A DNA stretch of 64,000 nt from Histomonas meleagridis 2922-C6/04-290x (taxonomy: Eukaryota > Protista > Parabasalia): assembly GCA_020184695.1 (NCBI GenBank), contig JAANOX010000153.1, positions 930,001-994,000 of the forward strand, written 5' to 3'. Positions 32,721 through 44,581 of this stretch are shown piece after piece. The notes under the pieces were generated by a model. That model saw only the letters and a program-made list of their open reading frames with translations. It was not told the origin of the DNA and made no database searches. Numbering within the stretch: the first letter of the stretch is position 1; each line of letters opens with the position of its first letter. Position numbers and translations under genes: made by a program.

Positions 32721-33800
32721 CTAATTTTCTATTTCTATTTCATCATTTTGTACATCTGGGAACTTGCCCAACGACAAAGAGTTTCTTGTTTTCCTCGAAA
32801 TTGCAGTCATTAATTCGTCGGTCGTTTTTTCGTTCTTTAATATCATATATGACACGAGAGAATCCGAAGAACCACTTCCGAATAGTCCCAATTTGATATC
32901 GGAAGTGTTAATTCCCAAGTTATTCATTTTCTTAATTATCGACGGATCAATTTTGTCATCGTTTCTTCGTTGTTCCATAACAAACAGAGAAACTTTCATG
33001 TGCTCTGATGGGGAATACCAATGATGTTCTTTGATCCCATTCAGTGTGATTCGTTTCTGTGGATCTTTTGTTAACATCTTCTTTAGAAGATCACTTAATG
33101 GAAGCGAAAGCTTGTCGGGGATTATCGGGTCCGAATAAACAATCTTTTGAAGTGTACATTGGGAATCGTTGTCATAAAATGGAAGATGTCCAACTGTAAG
33201 TGCATATAAAAGAACACCAGCACTCCAGATGTCAACAGAAACATTATACCGTTGCTCTTTAATCATCTCTGGGGCTATGTATCCAAGTGATCCACACGCA
33301 TGTTTGAAATTATTATTACTAAACTCACAACTTAAACCAAAGTCTATGAGCCGTATGTTGTTATTTCGATCTAAAACGATGTTCTCTGCTTTCAAATCAC
33401 GATGAATTATATGCATTTCTTGATGAAGATATTCAAGAGCAGAAATTATTTGTATAAAATATCGACGTGCAGAGTTCTCATCAAGTGGATTACCGTTAAG
33501 ATTTTTCATGTATGTTTTAAGATTCCCATTTGGGAGATATTCTAAAACAATGTAATAATTGTTGGAATCCTCTAAAAGTTGATAAAATTTAGAAATGAGA
33601 GGATGATTCATCTTACGAAGTAAGCATGCCTCCCTTGTGAAACGAGTTCTATGATCTTTATTAAAATTTTTATGTACAACCTTAATAGAGACATCTATTT
33701 GCGATGTCGTATGAATGGCATGGTACACATAACCGTAAGCCCCTTGGCCTATAAGATTTAAAAATATATATGGTCCAATTTGCTTCGGGATTGTGTGCAT
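32721..33800 (-). CDS. CAMK-group Ser/Thr protein kinase
   Basis: IGQGAYGYV, HRDLKAEN, IDFG, CGSLGYIAPE, DIWSAG. ATG at 33800. Confidence 0.95.
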   Translation of the reverse strand: MHTIPKQIGPYIFLNLIGQGAYGYVYHAIHTTSQIDVSIKVVHKNFNKDHRTRFTREACLLRKMNHPLISKFYQLLEDSNNYYIVLEYLPNGNLKTYMKNLNGNPLDENSARRYFIQIISALEYLHQEMHIIHRDLKAENIVLDRNNNIRLIDFGLSCEFSNNNFKHACGSLGYIAPEMIKEQRYNVSVDIWSAGVLLYALTVGHLPFYDNDSQCTLQKIVYSDPIIPDKLSLPLSDLLKKMLTKDPQKRITLNGIKEHHWYSPSEHMKVSLFVMEQRRNDDKIDPSIIKKMNNLGINTSDIKLGLFGSGSSDSLVSYMILKNEKTTDELMTAISRKTRNSLSLGKFPDVQNDEIEIEN

Positions 33801-34915
33801 CAGCTTATTGGTCACTTTTGAACCTCAAAAAAATGACACTTTTAAGTCAACTTTTTGATAATAAGCTTTTGAATGAATTCTGGCTAAAGACCGATAATAC
33901 GGAGCAGACTGGTAATTGAATTGAGGACGATAATTTGCTGTGCAAACAATCCAAAACTTCATAAAAACCATTTTATCTTTTTATTACGATTGATTTAAAA
34001 TGTTTTTCGGAGACTGTTTGTCTTTTTTATGCTCTATGAAATTGCAATACTTTATATGAAAAAATTCATATATAGGAAAGTTAAAATATATCAATAAAAT
34101 ACACATTTAATTTCAATCCATTAATAATAATTTAGTTAATTCCACAAAATGGCATAAAGGCAATACATTTCTTTTGGAAATGAAAAAATTTTTGCAAAAA
34201 CAACAACAGCTCGAATGCACACTGAGTCAGATGGATTGAAGCTCAACGATAGAATAAAATGAATATTATTTTATCGATCTAATTTAAAAAGTTAAAACAG
34301 CATAAACTTTCGGTTTTATGATTTTTTAATGGAGAATTCCTTGAATTTCCATGGAAAGCAACCATATTTTTTAATATTATGTAAATCCTGAAACATGTTT
34401 GTCTAACGCAAACTATTTGGTTTTTCCTGAAAATAAATATGTTTTGTAATTTTATTTTAAAAAATTAATAATGGGAATTAATCAGATATCAATTAATTTA
34501 TAGAATTACAACATCTAAATTATCATTGATTCACAAAGGGAAAACTTAACAAATCAATAAAGCACGTAAACCTCAGAAATATCATCTGTTCCAGAAAAAA
34601 TTTCTTAACGAAACCAGGATATACCAAATCGAAAAGAAGAAACGAAAGTACGAGTCAGCTTAGTTATAACTAAAATTCCGATTACTCTTTATGAATGTTG
34701 ATAAATTTTAATTACAATTTATGATGAGGTATTACTTAAGTAAGTTACTAATGATTATATTAACCAATGATCATATAACACATTGCTTATTTTGATGTAG
34801 TGAAATAATTTGATCCAAAGGTTTGTTTTTTATTTTTGACGAAACGAAGAAGATGCCCGTTTATTTTATTTCGTACGTTTAAATTAAACTCAAGCCAAAA
34901 AGTGATTGATTTCAA

Positions 34916-37903
34916 ATGGCGGAAAAAGAAAAAAAAATAGAAAAAAAATGGGGAAAAGTAAGGACAAGTGTCATTAACTTTATAAAGGAAAATAATGGAA
35001 TTGCTTCAATGCTCGACGCATACAATGTTGCAAGAACAGTTTTCCCAAATTACATCTGGTCTTCACCGAAACTAGAAATTCTATCAAAGAACTTGGTTAA
35101 GAATGGAATTTTTCAAATAGACTTGACTATTTCACATCCAAAACCTTTAATGATTTATCCAGGCCATCATTCTCTCATGTCAACATCATTTTTTGTTTTA
35201 AGTGAAACTTCTGATGACCATGAAAGTGACGTCCTAAAAGCCAGAAAAATTTTGGATGATCTTACCGAGAAAGCAAAAGAAAATGAAGCAGCAAAAAGAA
35301 TTGCAAAAAACAAATATAAAAAAAGAACCAACGAGCAAAAAGAAGAAGATATTGCTGAAAGGCAAGAAAACAAAATTTATCGAAAAGATCAATTCATTTC
35401 AAAAGAAATAAACCGAAATGGATACATCCCCATGAAAAAGGTTCAAATGTGTATCTTTCATTTATTTATAAGTGAAACTTTTGGAACAAATCGATTCACA
35501 TTTCAGGATTTAATGAATTCATTTTCTTTTGATTTATACTCTAAGTTAATTGGTGTTCGTAATACACCAGAGGTTTTCTTCAAAGAACCAAAACTTCGTC
35601 ACATTCTTGTAAATTGTTTACCAGAACGAATCAAAGAAGAAATCGAATACAACAATTTCAAAGAACGCCTTAAAAAACTTCTAGCAAAAGCTGCTGGAGA
35701 AGTAAGATCCACAATTGCGTGTCCATATCTTAAAAAAAAAGCTAAAACATATCAAATGATTAGGACAGACAGCATCATGTTTTTTGACAAGGTTGAAGTT
35801 CAATTCGATTTTACTAACAGATCTGATGTTATTGAATTTCATCGTATAATTCAAGCGATTTGTCTTATTGAATATGTTGACCCACACTCTGTTCAACTTT
35901 GGTTAAAACAATACTCAATAATACGAAGTAATAGAAATTTACCCATTAGAATGGTTTTTAGAACAGTTGAAATTGCAACAAGACCTTCATTTCAATTCAC
36001 ATTTCCTTATTTTTATCATCAAGTAGAAAATTTTATTGCAAAAATTGGCTTTGATTGGGCTAAAATTCGTAATATCATCGAACTTAAATACCCTAATTTT
36101 AGTTTTAAATCAATTAAATTTTCAAAAAATGATCCAGTTAGGTTATTTTGCTATATGAAATATCAAACTTTTGAACCAAATCCAACATTATACATCAGTC
36201 CTCTAGAAACGGGTTACTTTAATTTTCTTAAAGAGACTAATTTTCATGTAACATTTAATTATTTAATTGCCTTATCTTCACTATTGCCAAGTGGATTAAT
36301 ATCCAATTTGGCAAAACCTTGGAACAAAATTACAGACATCACCCAAAAGATTTGTACCATTCCAAAAGATACATACTATATTCGTATGGTTCCATCTAAT
36401 CGACATATGTTCATGCTCAGAAGGTTTAAAGATTATCGTGACTTGTACTACTTCAATATAGCCAACTTATCATCATCAATTTTAAGGTTCACAATGCAAG
36501 ATGATTCTCTTGAAATCACAACATCACAATATTTTAATCTGTTTAATATTTCACAACTTCGTTATAAACTTGATCCTCTTCTTGGCGAGCTTATTGAAAT
36601 GTTAAAGATAATATTATTGTCTTCTCCACAGTTCTCTATGTTAAAGAAAGAAATAAAATTTCTTCGAAAATTCGACACATCAAATTTGAATGAAGTCGTT
36701 TTCTTTCTGAAGCTATCGCGGTTTTTAACACAAAAAGCTATCGGCAATGATGGGAGGCCTGAATTTAAGTGCACAAAGTTTTTACTTCATGAATTCGATA
36801 TTCAGACTCCTCGTAACTGTCTTAGCCTTATCTTAAACTTCTTCAAGTCAACTAAAGACCCTGAAATGGTATCTCGGAATGATACAAATATTGGATCAAT
36901 TTTTTATGTTCTTGAAGATGAAACGCCAGTGTCGGTTAATCTTCTTCCTCCTGTTGTTGCCACCATTAACTCCAAAGACATTATCCGAAATCCTCATAAA
37001 AATAGTATGACAGAATCATCTAATAAAGTCCGAGTTTCAGCAAATTATCAATTTGTGTCCACCAGTATTGGCTATCCCAACCTTCCAGACTTTACAGTTG
37101 CATATGATCGAGAAGATATTGAGTATGTCAAATCAAATTATACCACTTATGAAGTTGATAATTGTCAATCACTACAAGCCAGGTTTATGCAGCTCTTTGT
37201 CCTAATCTATCAAACACAGCCACAAGATGAATGTTCTAATTTCACATTTTTATGTCGATTAATTTGTTCATTTGTTATCCAACATTTTTCCAAAGGAGTA
37301 TCACTATATCAAATCCTTCATCAATACGAACCCTTTGGGCATGATTTAGTCCTGAAAAGTTTAAATTTTTTGGAAGAATATAATTTCATATATCGAATTC
37401 ATAGTAATACACTTTTACCACATTACGTCTCTGACATATATAACTCGAGTCATATTCTTAAAACCGAGAACAAGCGCATCTTCAAGCCACATTTCTGGAT
37501 TAAATCAGACGGGTTTATAGATGTCGACATCCGAAATCACTTAATGACAAAAATTGTTGAAATTATTAACGACGAACCTGGAATAGAGTTATTAGAAATA
37601 TCATCGAAGTTATCGAACTTGACTTTGTACGATTTGATGCTATTGTTAAACGCATTGGAAAATGACGAAATTATATATTCGATGTGTTATAAGTGTAACG
37701 AAAACGAATTCGCACTGTTTGATGACGAAGTAAATTGCGCGTGCGAGAAAGCGGACGACAATGAATACGTGTTGCAGCTGTATAAGTGCTTGTGCAATCC
37801 AGACGAAAGAGATAATGTAACAAAAAGAAATTTCTACGTAGCAAGTGCACATAGAGTCAAATTGGCACTGGTGATGTCGGACAATAACTATAACATTGAA
37901 TAA
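34916..37903 (+). CDS. Putative TFIIIC large subunit (GTF3C1/Tfc3-like)
   Basis: 995 aa with winged-helix-like segments, including IFHLFI...FSFDLYSKLIGV and PHFWIKSDG...IVEIINDEPGI...LMLLLNALENDEII, reminiscent of GTF3C1 (pattern recall, not a search). Confidence 0.5.
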   Translation: MAEKEKKIEKKWGKVRTSVINFIKENNGIASMLDAYNVARTVFPNYIWSSPKLEILSKNLVKNGIFQIDLTISHPKPLMIYPGHHSLMSTSFFVLSETSDDHESDVLKARKILDDLTEKAKENEAAKRIAKNKYKKRTNEQKEEDIAERQENKIYRKDQFISKEINRNGYIPMKKVQMCIFHLFISETFGTNRFTFQDLMNSFSFDLYSKLIGVRNTPEVFFKEPKLRHILVNCLPERIKEEIEYNNFKERLKKLLAKAAGEVRSTIACPYLKKKAKTYQMIRTDSIMFFDKVEVQFDFTNRSDVIEFHRIIQAICLIEYVDPHSVQLWLKQYSIIRSNRNLPIRMVFRTVEIATRPSFQFTFPYFYHQVENFIAKIGFDWAKIRNIIELKYPNFSFKSIKFSKNDPVRLFCYMKYQTFEPNPTLYISPLETGYFNFLKETNFHVTFNYLIALSSLLPSGLISNLAKPWNKITDITQKICTIPKDTYYIRMVPSNRHMFMLRRFKDYRDLYYFNIANLSSSILRFTMQDDSLEITTSQYFNLFNISQLRYKLDPLLGELIEMLKIILLSSPQFSMLKKEIKFLRKFDTSNLNEVVFFLKLSRFLTQKAIGNDGRPEFKCTKFLLHEFDIQTPRNCLSLILNFFKSTKDPEMVSRNDTNIGSIFYVLEDETPVSVNLLPPVVATINSKDIIRNPHKNSMTESSNKVRVSANYQFVSTSIGYPNLPDFTVAYDREDIEYVKSNYTTYEVDNCQSLQARFMQLFVLIYQTQPQDECSNFTFLCRLICSFVIQHFSKGVSLYQILHQYEPFGHDLVLKSLNFLEEYNFIYRIHSNTLLPHYVSDIYNSSHILKTENKRIFKPHFWIKSDGFIDVDIRNHLMTKIVEIINDEPGIELLEISSKLSNLTLYDLMLLLNALENDEIIYSMCYKCNENEFALFDDEVNCACEKADDNEYVLQLYKCLCNPDERDNVTKRNFYVASAHRVKLALVMSDNNYNIE

Positions 37904-38016
37904 ATATGTTGTAAATGTTTCGAAATGTTAATTTTTGTGTTTAACTGATAAATGAAAATAATAAATTTGTTATAATTATAACATGTTTATGTGTGCGGAA
38001 ACAAATTACTTTGTAC

Positions 38017-38132
38017 TTAAACATGACTTTGTAAAGGATTAAACATGACTTTGTAAAGGATTAAACATGACTTTGTAAAGGATTAAACATGACTTTGCAC
38101 TTAAACATGACTTTGTAAAGGATTAAACATGA
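38017..38132 (+). repeat. 22-bp minisatellite TTAAACATGACTTTGTAAAGGA
   Basis: Units of 22, 22, 22, 18 (ttaaacatgactttgcac), 22 and a 10-nt partial, with no unique spacers. Confidence 0.95.
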
Positions 38133-38362
38133 TTTTCAATATTTTATTAATGTAAAAAAAAGTGGGAAAATAGCACAACAAAATTAATTCTGAATTTAGA
38201 ATTTAGCTTCAGAATAAATCACTGGATCAAAAGAAAATATATAATTTGGCATTTATTATATAATATTATGTTACAGGTTCTTATTGACAGAATATAAAAT
38301 TCCTAATTCGATAAATAAATTAAAAAGGATCGGTTGCCGTTTATTAATTCAACCGTGATCAA

Positions 38363-39385
38363 ATGAGAAGAAATTTGCTTAGAACTTCTAATCAAAATAA
38401 ACAAGAAAATCAAAATTACATAAAACAGCAAGTAAATGAACAGAAAAGAGAAGAGAGAATAATTGAAAAATACGATGATGAATATTCAGATGTCATAATG
38501 GAAGAAGAAGAAGACGAAGAAGAAACAAAAATTCCGATGCGGGAGTTTGATAAACGCAATATAAATAATCCCATATTTGTTCCACATATTGCTGAGTGTA
38601 TTATCACAAATCTCTTTAAAGAAGAACAAAGTATGCCTCTTGACATCTCATCCTTTTCACGTGTTCAAACCGAAATTCAACAAAACGTGCGGAATATTGT
38701 TGTTCGTTGGATGATCAATATTCATCATCATTTTAAACTTAGTTCACAAACATTATATAACAGTGTATATTATCTTGATTATATTCTAAGCCATAAAAAT
38801 ATTTCGAAGAGTGATATACAGATTTTAGGTGCTTCATGTTTATGGGAAGCAGCTAAACTTGAAGAAGTCAAAATTCTTGATTACACACAAATTGCCGAAT
38901 ACTGTAAGAACGAATATGATGTTCAAGACTTTGAAAACTATGAGCGTTTCATTCTTAAACAATTATTGTTTCGAATTCAACTTCCATCGCCAAAAGAATT
39001 CTTAAAGCGTTTTTTATGTGGAATTGATGCATGTAAAGAGATTCGTGAAGTTTCATTTTTCTTATGTGAATCTTCGTTATACGATTATCAAATCAGAGCA
39101 TTTCTTCCATCGAAAGTTGCGTTTACTATTGTTCTTGTTGCAACATATTCGTTAAATATGCAAGTTCCATTACCAACATTAATGGGATATGCACATATGC
39201 CGGACTTTAATGGGTTAATAATTTGTACAAAATGTATAATAAACGCTACAAATGAAGTAATAGAAAGAAGAGATACAACTTATCAGAAATATACTTCGAA
39301 TAAAAGAACAGGAGCAGTGTTAATGATACAATTCACTGACGAATTATTCCGTAAAATTTCATATTTGGATCCACTGAAAAATTAA
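38363..39385 (+). CDS. A/B-type cyclin
   Basis: Cyclin box RNIVVRWMINIHHHFKLSSQTLYNSVYYLDYIL, QILGASCLWEAAKLEE, PSPKEFLKRF. Confidence 0.92.
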   Translation: MRRNLLRTSNQNKQENQNYIKQQVNEQKREERIIEKYDDEYSDVIMEEEEDEEETKIPMREFDKRNINNPIFVPHIAECIITNLFKEEQSMPLDISSFSRVQTEIQQNVRNIVVRWMINIHHHFKLSSQTLYNSVYYLDYILSHKNISKSDIQILGASCLWEAAKLEEVKILDYTQIAEYCKNEYDVQDFENYERFILKQLLFRIQLPSPKEFLKRFLCGIDACKEIREVSFFLCESSLYDYQIRAFLPSKVAFTIVLVATYSLNMQVPLPTLMGYAHMPDFNGLIICTKCIINATNEVIERRDTTYQKYTSNKRTGAVLMIQFTDELFRKISYLDPLKN

Positions 39386-40353
39386 AATATTTGAATAAAG
39401 TTTTTTTCCAAAAGGTATTTTACCATTATTATATCATTATTCAACAAAGCAAAAGACATTGAATTTCTATTCCCAAAAGGTTCAAATGATGATAAATCAG
39501 CATTTCTTTGTTCAACCAAATATCTTAAACATAACACTGAACCTTCAGAAGCTGCCAAAACATGTTCTCTATGAATATCACCATATTTATCAGGTAGCGT
39601 TCTTTGTAGCACCCATATTAGTTGGCGCAAGTCATCTGATTGGACTGAACTATACACAAAATCAGGATCAAAATCTTCGGGTTCCCTCTCAAGTAAAAAC
39701 TCAAACATATTCATTTGTCTATACTTTAATGCTTGAGAAGGTGAAAGATCATTTTTGCCAACTAATTTGGCGATTTCGATGTTGCCGCCTGCTATGACAT
39801 TATCACGTATGGAATATAATTCATTTGTTTCCAATTGTCTTGTGTGATACCAAAGATCTTCAAATATGTTATACGAACCATAACGTGCTGCTAATTTTAG
39901 CAGCGCAGCATTACTATGGTCATGACAACTTTTATGAAAATTATTTAAATCGTCTGTTATCAGAGCTTTTTGAAGAGAATCTGTAATTTGATACTCATTG
40001 ATTTCTTTGAAAAAAATATTTTCAAATTTTTCGCATAGCTTATTTCCATATTTAGAAATAAGCTTCCGATATAGAGAAACATAGAAATTTGAATTGGGAA
40101 TTCTTTGTTTTGCAAGAAAGAGAATGTGCCTATATCCATAGTTAATATAGCTTACATCAAATTTTCTTCCAGCAGTCTTTTTCTGAGCAAGTTTTTTAAA
40201 ATACTTCATCGCTGACTTAAAGTCACCTATATTCAAATTATCAAGAAAGTCATTTGTTCGGACATAATGAATTAGGTTTTCTGGGATTCCTTCAAATTCG
40301 GCGTTGGTGGTATCAAATTTATATATTTTCGTTTTACTTGATTTATTCCCCAT
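39382..40353 (-). CDS. Ankyrin-like protein with possible N-myristoylation site
   Basis: MGNKSS start; AARYGSYNIF, IAGGNIEIAKL, ASEGSVLCLRYLVE. No spacer arrays. Confidence 0.75.
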   Translation of the reverse strand: MGNKSSKTKIYKFDTTNAEFEGIPENLIHYVRTNDFLDNLNIGDFKSAMKYFKKLAQKKTAGRKFDVSYINYGYRHILFLAKQRIPNSNFYVSLYRKLISKYGNKLCEKFENIFFKEINEYQITDSLQKALITDDLNNFHKSCHDHSNAALLKLAARYGSYNIFEDLWYHTRQLETNELYSIRDNVIAGGNIEIAKLVGKNDLSPSQALKYRQMNMFEFLLEREPEDFDPDFVYSSVQSDDLRQLIWVLQRTLPDKYGDIHREHVLAASEGSVLCLRYLVEQRNADLSSFEPFGNRNSMSFALLNNDIIMVKYLLEKNFIQIF

Positions 40354-41220
40354 TTAAAATTCTTTATAAACTGATGTTCAAAAATGGGTACTGCTTTTGA
40401 TCGTATTTAACAGAAATAACATTCAAAAAGTTGGACTTAATTGGTTATAGAAAAATTGAAAACTTTACTTTTGCATTGAAAGCAAAACGATACAAAAAAA
40501 GAGTGGTTCCGACCAATTATTTTCACAAAAAATAGCGAAGTAAAGTTAATAATTTTACTTAACGTTCATTCTTTTTTTTTTTTGACTCTGGAGAGCGATA
40601 AGGATAATATTTCATTTATTTATTGAGATCACCGCCAAAGCCGCTGCTTAGGTCTTTAAGTTTTTTATTTTCTTTCTTTTTCCAAGCACAATATTTTCTT
40701 CCAGATTGATTTATTTTATGTCTTCCTCATATATGAGATTGAGAAGATGGGTTCAACGTAATGTACTACGTGCTGCATACAGCACCATTATTTTTATTAC
40801 GTTTTTTCCAAAAATTCCTAATTTCGTTCGTGAAGGCTTCAAAAAGTGGATCTTTCAATTAAGTAAATAAAAAAACCTTTAAATCGAGTATAATAAACCA
40901 TTTAAATTTTTCATAAAAAGTGCCATCAAGCTGTATAAGAATTCCAAATTAGTCATCATGTGTCTGATCACTGTTTTAATGAATTCGCTTTTGAGTAACC
41001 TAACGAAGTTAACCCTTTTATTGGCATTGATAAATTTATATATAGAATCATGATTTCTTGCTTATATTCTTAGTACACCAAAAGATGCATATTTCATTTT
41101 TTACAAAAAACGCAATATTTAAATCAAGTATAAAAAAAAATTGACCCTTTTTTTCTTCTTTATTTTCAAATATGATTATGATAATTATTTGGTTGAAGTG
41201 ATATCAAAGTTTTATTGAGA

Positions 41221-41396
41221 TTCTTCTGCTGAGTTTCGAGAAAAAGTTGTTAGAATATGCATGTATAACATATTTTCTTCTACCGACGATTATTTTCCAT
41301 CTAAAAAGTTTGTAACCGTAAAATATTTGAATGATGAATCACGGTTTATAAACCGTCGTGCAAAATACTACTTTTTCTCGAAATTCAGCAGAAGAA
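41221..41396. repeat. 176-bp element with 27-bp terminal inverted repeats (MITE-like or fold-back)
   Basis: TTCTTCTGCTGAGTTTCGAGAAAAAGT (41221-41247) matches the reverse complement of 41370-41396 at 26 of 27 positions. No clear target-site duplication. Confidence 0.75.
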
Positions 41397-42025
41397 ATCT
41401 TTAAATATTTCAAATTAATTAAATTTAGTAAACACAAATGCATATATAAAATTCTTAAAAGAAAAAAAAGGGTGAGTTTCTAGAGTCTTGATGATCTTTT
41501 GGCATGTAAATTTTCATAATAAATGTACTTTTTCTCAAAATCAATAATATTTATCTTATAAAAACCTAATAGTATACTTAGCAATGTTATTGTGCATATT
41601 AATATGTAATAATAATCAAAAAATTATTTCATAATTTTTTGATCAAATTTCGAAATATTCAATTTATATAAAAGTCATATACTCAAATAATCCGAATCTA
41701 GCCAAATAATTTTTACTATAAAATCTTATTTATATTCTAAGTGTATATGCTCGAAAAAGTAATTACAAATTTTCGGAAGGGACATCTCCAAGAGTCGAAA
41801 CCACTCTACAAGAACTCAACTCTTTATGAAATATTCCATCAATTGAACACCTTTTCGACTGACTTGTTCTTTGTTTGCACTTTTTTGTCAACATCTTATA
41901 AAATTTAGATGTTAGGCATACCAAATGGTATGCATTTTTTTTAATAAAAAATTGAATTAATATTTCACATCAACAAAAATAATAATTATCATATATAGTT
42001 TATATTTATATTTTAACAAATAAAT

Positions 42026-44581
42026 TTAAAAATCGTTTTCATCATTAGAAGCTTGTAACAAATTATTATATTTCTCTTTAAGTTTTCTTAATTTTGCCGC
42101 TTCTTTTTGAATTAAATTTTCTTTTTCTTCCAAAAGAATCCGAAGTTTTGCTACTGACTGATTTAATGACAAATGCTCATTCAGCAACGACTCAATTGCG
42201 TTTTGATTATTTTGGAATTCTGGTGCAAATGAAGCAGATGACAATGAAATTGCTAAAGTGTTAAACAATTCAACAGATTTCATTAGAAGAGAATGAATTG
42301 GCCTCTGCAACTTCTCATAATTAACTTGAGAAAGTTTGTTTTTCATTTGCGAAAGAGCATCAAGAAACTCATGGAAATGCTCTGACGTTGGAAGGAATGC
42401 ATGTTCATCGCTACTAAGTAATGAGCTCAGATTTGATATTATTTGTGTTATTGGCTCTATAACTTTTGTAGTATATTCTGCCTCACTGGCGTTTGCATGA
42501 TTTTGTTTATTATCTGTTTTCTTTGCGTTATTGATTTCTTCAAAAATTAAGTAAGACAACTCTTGTGGCGATTTAGTTCTGATATCATTTGGATTTTTTT
42601 GTGATATATTTGAACATAAATTCTGAAATTCACTTCGAAATTGCTCATTTTCTTTCGATTTATTATTTATTACATCCGAAATTATTTTTGTTAATTCTTG
42701 TGGTGTTTTATTTTTGATCTCATTTGGATTTTTTTGTGATATATTTGAACATAAATTCTGAAACTCATTTCGAAACTGCATATTTTCTTCAAATGATTTT
42801 GTCTGTTGTTGAAGTAATTGCTCATTTTCTTTCGATTTATTATTTATTACATCCGAAATTATTTTTGTTAATTCTTGTGGTGTTTTATTTTTGATCTCAT
42901 TTGGATTTTTTTGTGATATATTTGAACATAAATTTTGAAATTCACTTCGAAATTGCTCATTTTCTTTCGATTTATTATTTATTATATCCGAAATTATTTT
43001 TGTTAATTCTTGTGGTGTTTTATTTTTGATCTCATTTATATTTTTTTGTGATATATTTGAACATAAATTTTGAAATTCATTACGAAACTGCTTATTTTCT
43101 TCAATGGATTTTGATTTTTGTTGAAATAATCTCTCGATTTCTTTTGTTTTATTTATTACTTCTGTAATTACATGAGTTAATTCTTGCGGTGTTTTCGCAT
43201 TAAGTTCATTTACGTTTTCTTCAGATATATTTAAACATAAGTTTTGAAATTCATTACGAAATTGTTTATTTTCTTCAATATATTTTATTTTTTGTTGTTT
43301 CAACTGATTAATTTCATTAGACAATTGTTTACATATTACATCAAATTGCTCTTTTCCATTCGTCATAGATTTTTGATCAATTTTAAATTTTTCATCTAAT
43401 AAATCATTAAGTTTTATTGATATTGTAGATATTAAATCTTCTTTTTCTTTTTCATATTTATCAGAAATATAACCAAATTTAAGTCGTACATCATTAAAAT
43501 GATTTATTAATTTTGTTTTCGCATTCTCCTCTTCTTTTTGTGATTTAATTTCTTCTAATTCTCTTTTTAATGATTCAATTTTTCCTTCTGTTTTACGAAT
43601 GTAATTTTGCAGTCTTTCCATTTTGGTAAATTGTTGATTAGACTCAATGTTCATATTTTTCTCAGCAAGACTTATAATATCATCAAAATGCTCAAAATCG
43701 TTTTGCGTTTTAGTTAAAGATTCAACAAAACATTCTGTGATTTCATTATTTTCATTATAAAAGTTTTCTATTTCATCGCAAAGATTTTCAATTTCAATCG
43801 AAAGATAAGGAATATAATTCGAAAGACTTTTTACATTTGAAATAAACATTGGCATATTTGAAAGTATATGAATGAATTCGATAATATTAGTGTTAAATTC
43901 AATTTGATTTGGAATATTAAGTTTGCGAGCTTTGATTTCTTTGATAATTTGTTCAAATATTCGTTTGATATCTTTTAATTCATCAATGGATTCTTTAATT
44001 TGATCATAAGAAAGAGTTTCAAACTGAATTGGTAAAATAAATGATGTGACTTTTTTTTCTGTTTGTGTTATTTTGCTTGTTACATTTTGTTCAGTTAATG
44101 ATTTAATTTTTTTAATTTGTGGTTCGTTGCGATATTTGTTAAGAAAAGATGTAAACGATGTAAGAAGGAGATTGAAATATTCCCTTATATGTGATAAATA
44201 TACTGGTTGTTTTTGGAGATTAAGATGTGAAAGTGATGTCAAAAATGTTTGATGTATCTGCATGATATTTTCACATAATTCTGAATGGGAGCAAGACGTT
44301 TTCCTAAATATTTGCTTTGAAATGTTCAATAATTGATTAATGTTTGTTTTATAATTTGTATATGCCGTGAAAAAGAAATCAAATTCTTGGAATGGACATT
44401 GAGCTTTCATTCTTGTTATTATTTTATCAATATTTGAAAATATGTCTTCGATATTTAGCATGCATGACTTTGATACAAGGTCAGTATCAATAGCTTTTTT
44501 CTTCTTTTTTCTAATGGTACTAGATTTAAGATTTCTATTTGTAGATTCTGCTTGAGAGCAGATGGTATTCGATCTCTTCAT
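42026..44581 (-). CDS. Coiled-coil protein with five internal ~45-60 aa repeats
   Basis: Repeat ENxQFRxEFQNLCSNISQKNPNEIKNKTPQELTKIISDVINNKSK occurs five times at about 42530-43280. Confidence 0.8.
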   Translation of the reverse strand: MKRSNTICSQAESTNRNLKSSTIRKKKKKAIDTDLVSKSCMLNIEDIFSNIDKIITRMKAQCPFQEFDFFFTAYTNYKTNINQLLNISKQIFRKTSCSHSELCENIMQIHQTFLTSLSHLNLQKQPVYLSHIREYFNLLLTSFTSFLNKYRNEPQIKKIKSLTEQNVTSKITQTEKKVTSFILPIQFETLSYDQIKESIDELKDIKRIFEQIIKEIKARKLNIPNQIEFNTNIIEFIHILSNMPMFISNVKSLSNYIPYLSIEIENLCDEIENFYNENNEITECFVESLTKTQNDFEHFDDIISLAEKNMNIESNQQFTKMERLQNYIRKTEGKIESLKRELEEIKSQKEEENAKTKLINHFNDVRLKFGYISDKYEKEKEDLISTISIKLNDLLDEKFKIDQKSMTNGKEQFDVICKQLSNEINQLKQQKIKYIEENKQFRNEFQNLCLNISEENVNELNAKTPQELTHVITEVINKTKEIERLFQQKSKSIEENKQFRNEFQNLCSNISQKNINEIKNKTPQELTKIISDIINNKSKENEQFRSEFQNLCSNISQKNPNEIKNKTPQELTKIISDVINNKSKENEQLLQQQTKSFEENMQFRNEFQNLCSNISQKNPNEIKNKTPQELTKIISDVINNKSKENEQFRSEFQNLCSNISQKNPNDIRTKSPQELSYLIFEEINNAKKTDNKQNHANASEAEYTTKVIEPITQIISNLSSLLSSDEHAFLPTSEHFHEFLDALSQMKNKLSQVNYEKLQRPIHSLLMKSVELFNTLAISLSSASFAPEFQNNQNAIESLLNEHLSLNQSVAKLRILLEEKENLIQKEAAKLRKLKEKYNNLLQASNDENDF

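Noticed and set aside
34570-34600. ATCATCTGTTCC resembling the U2 snRNA branch-pairing region
   Set aside because: The invariant GTGTAGTA and the 5' stem are absent.
38017-38132. CRISPR array
   Set aside because: Head-to-tail tandem repeat without spacers.
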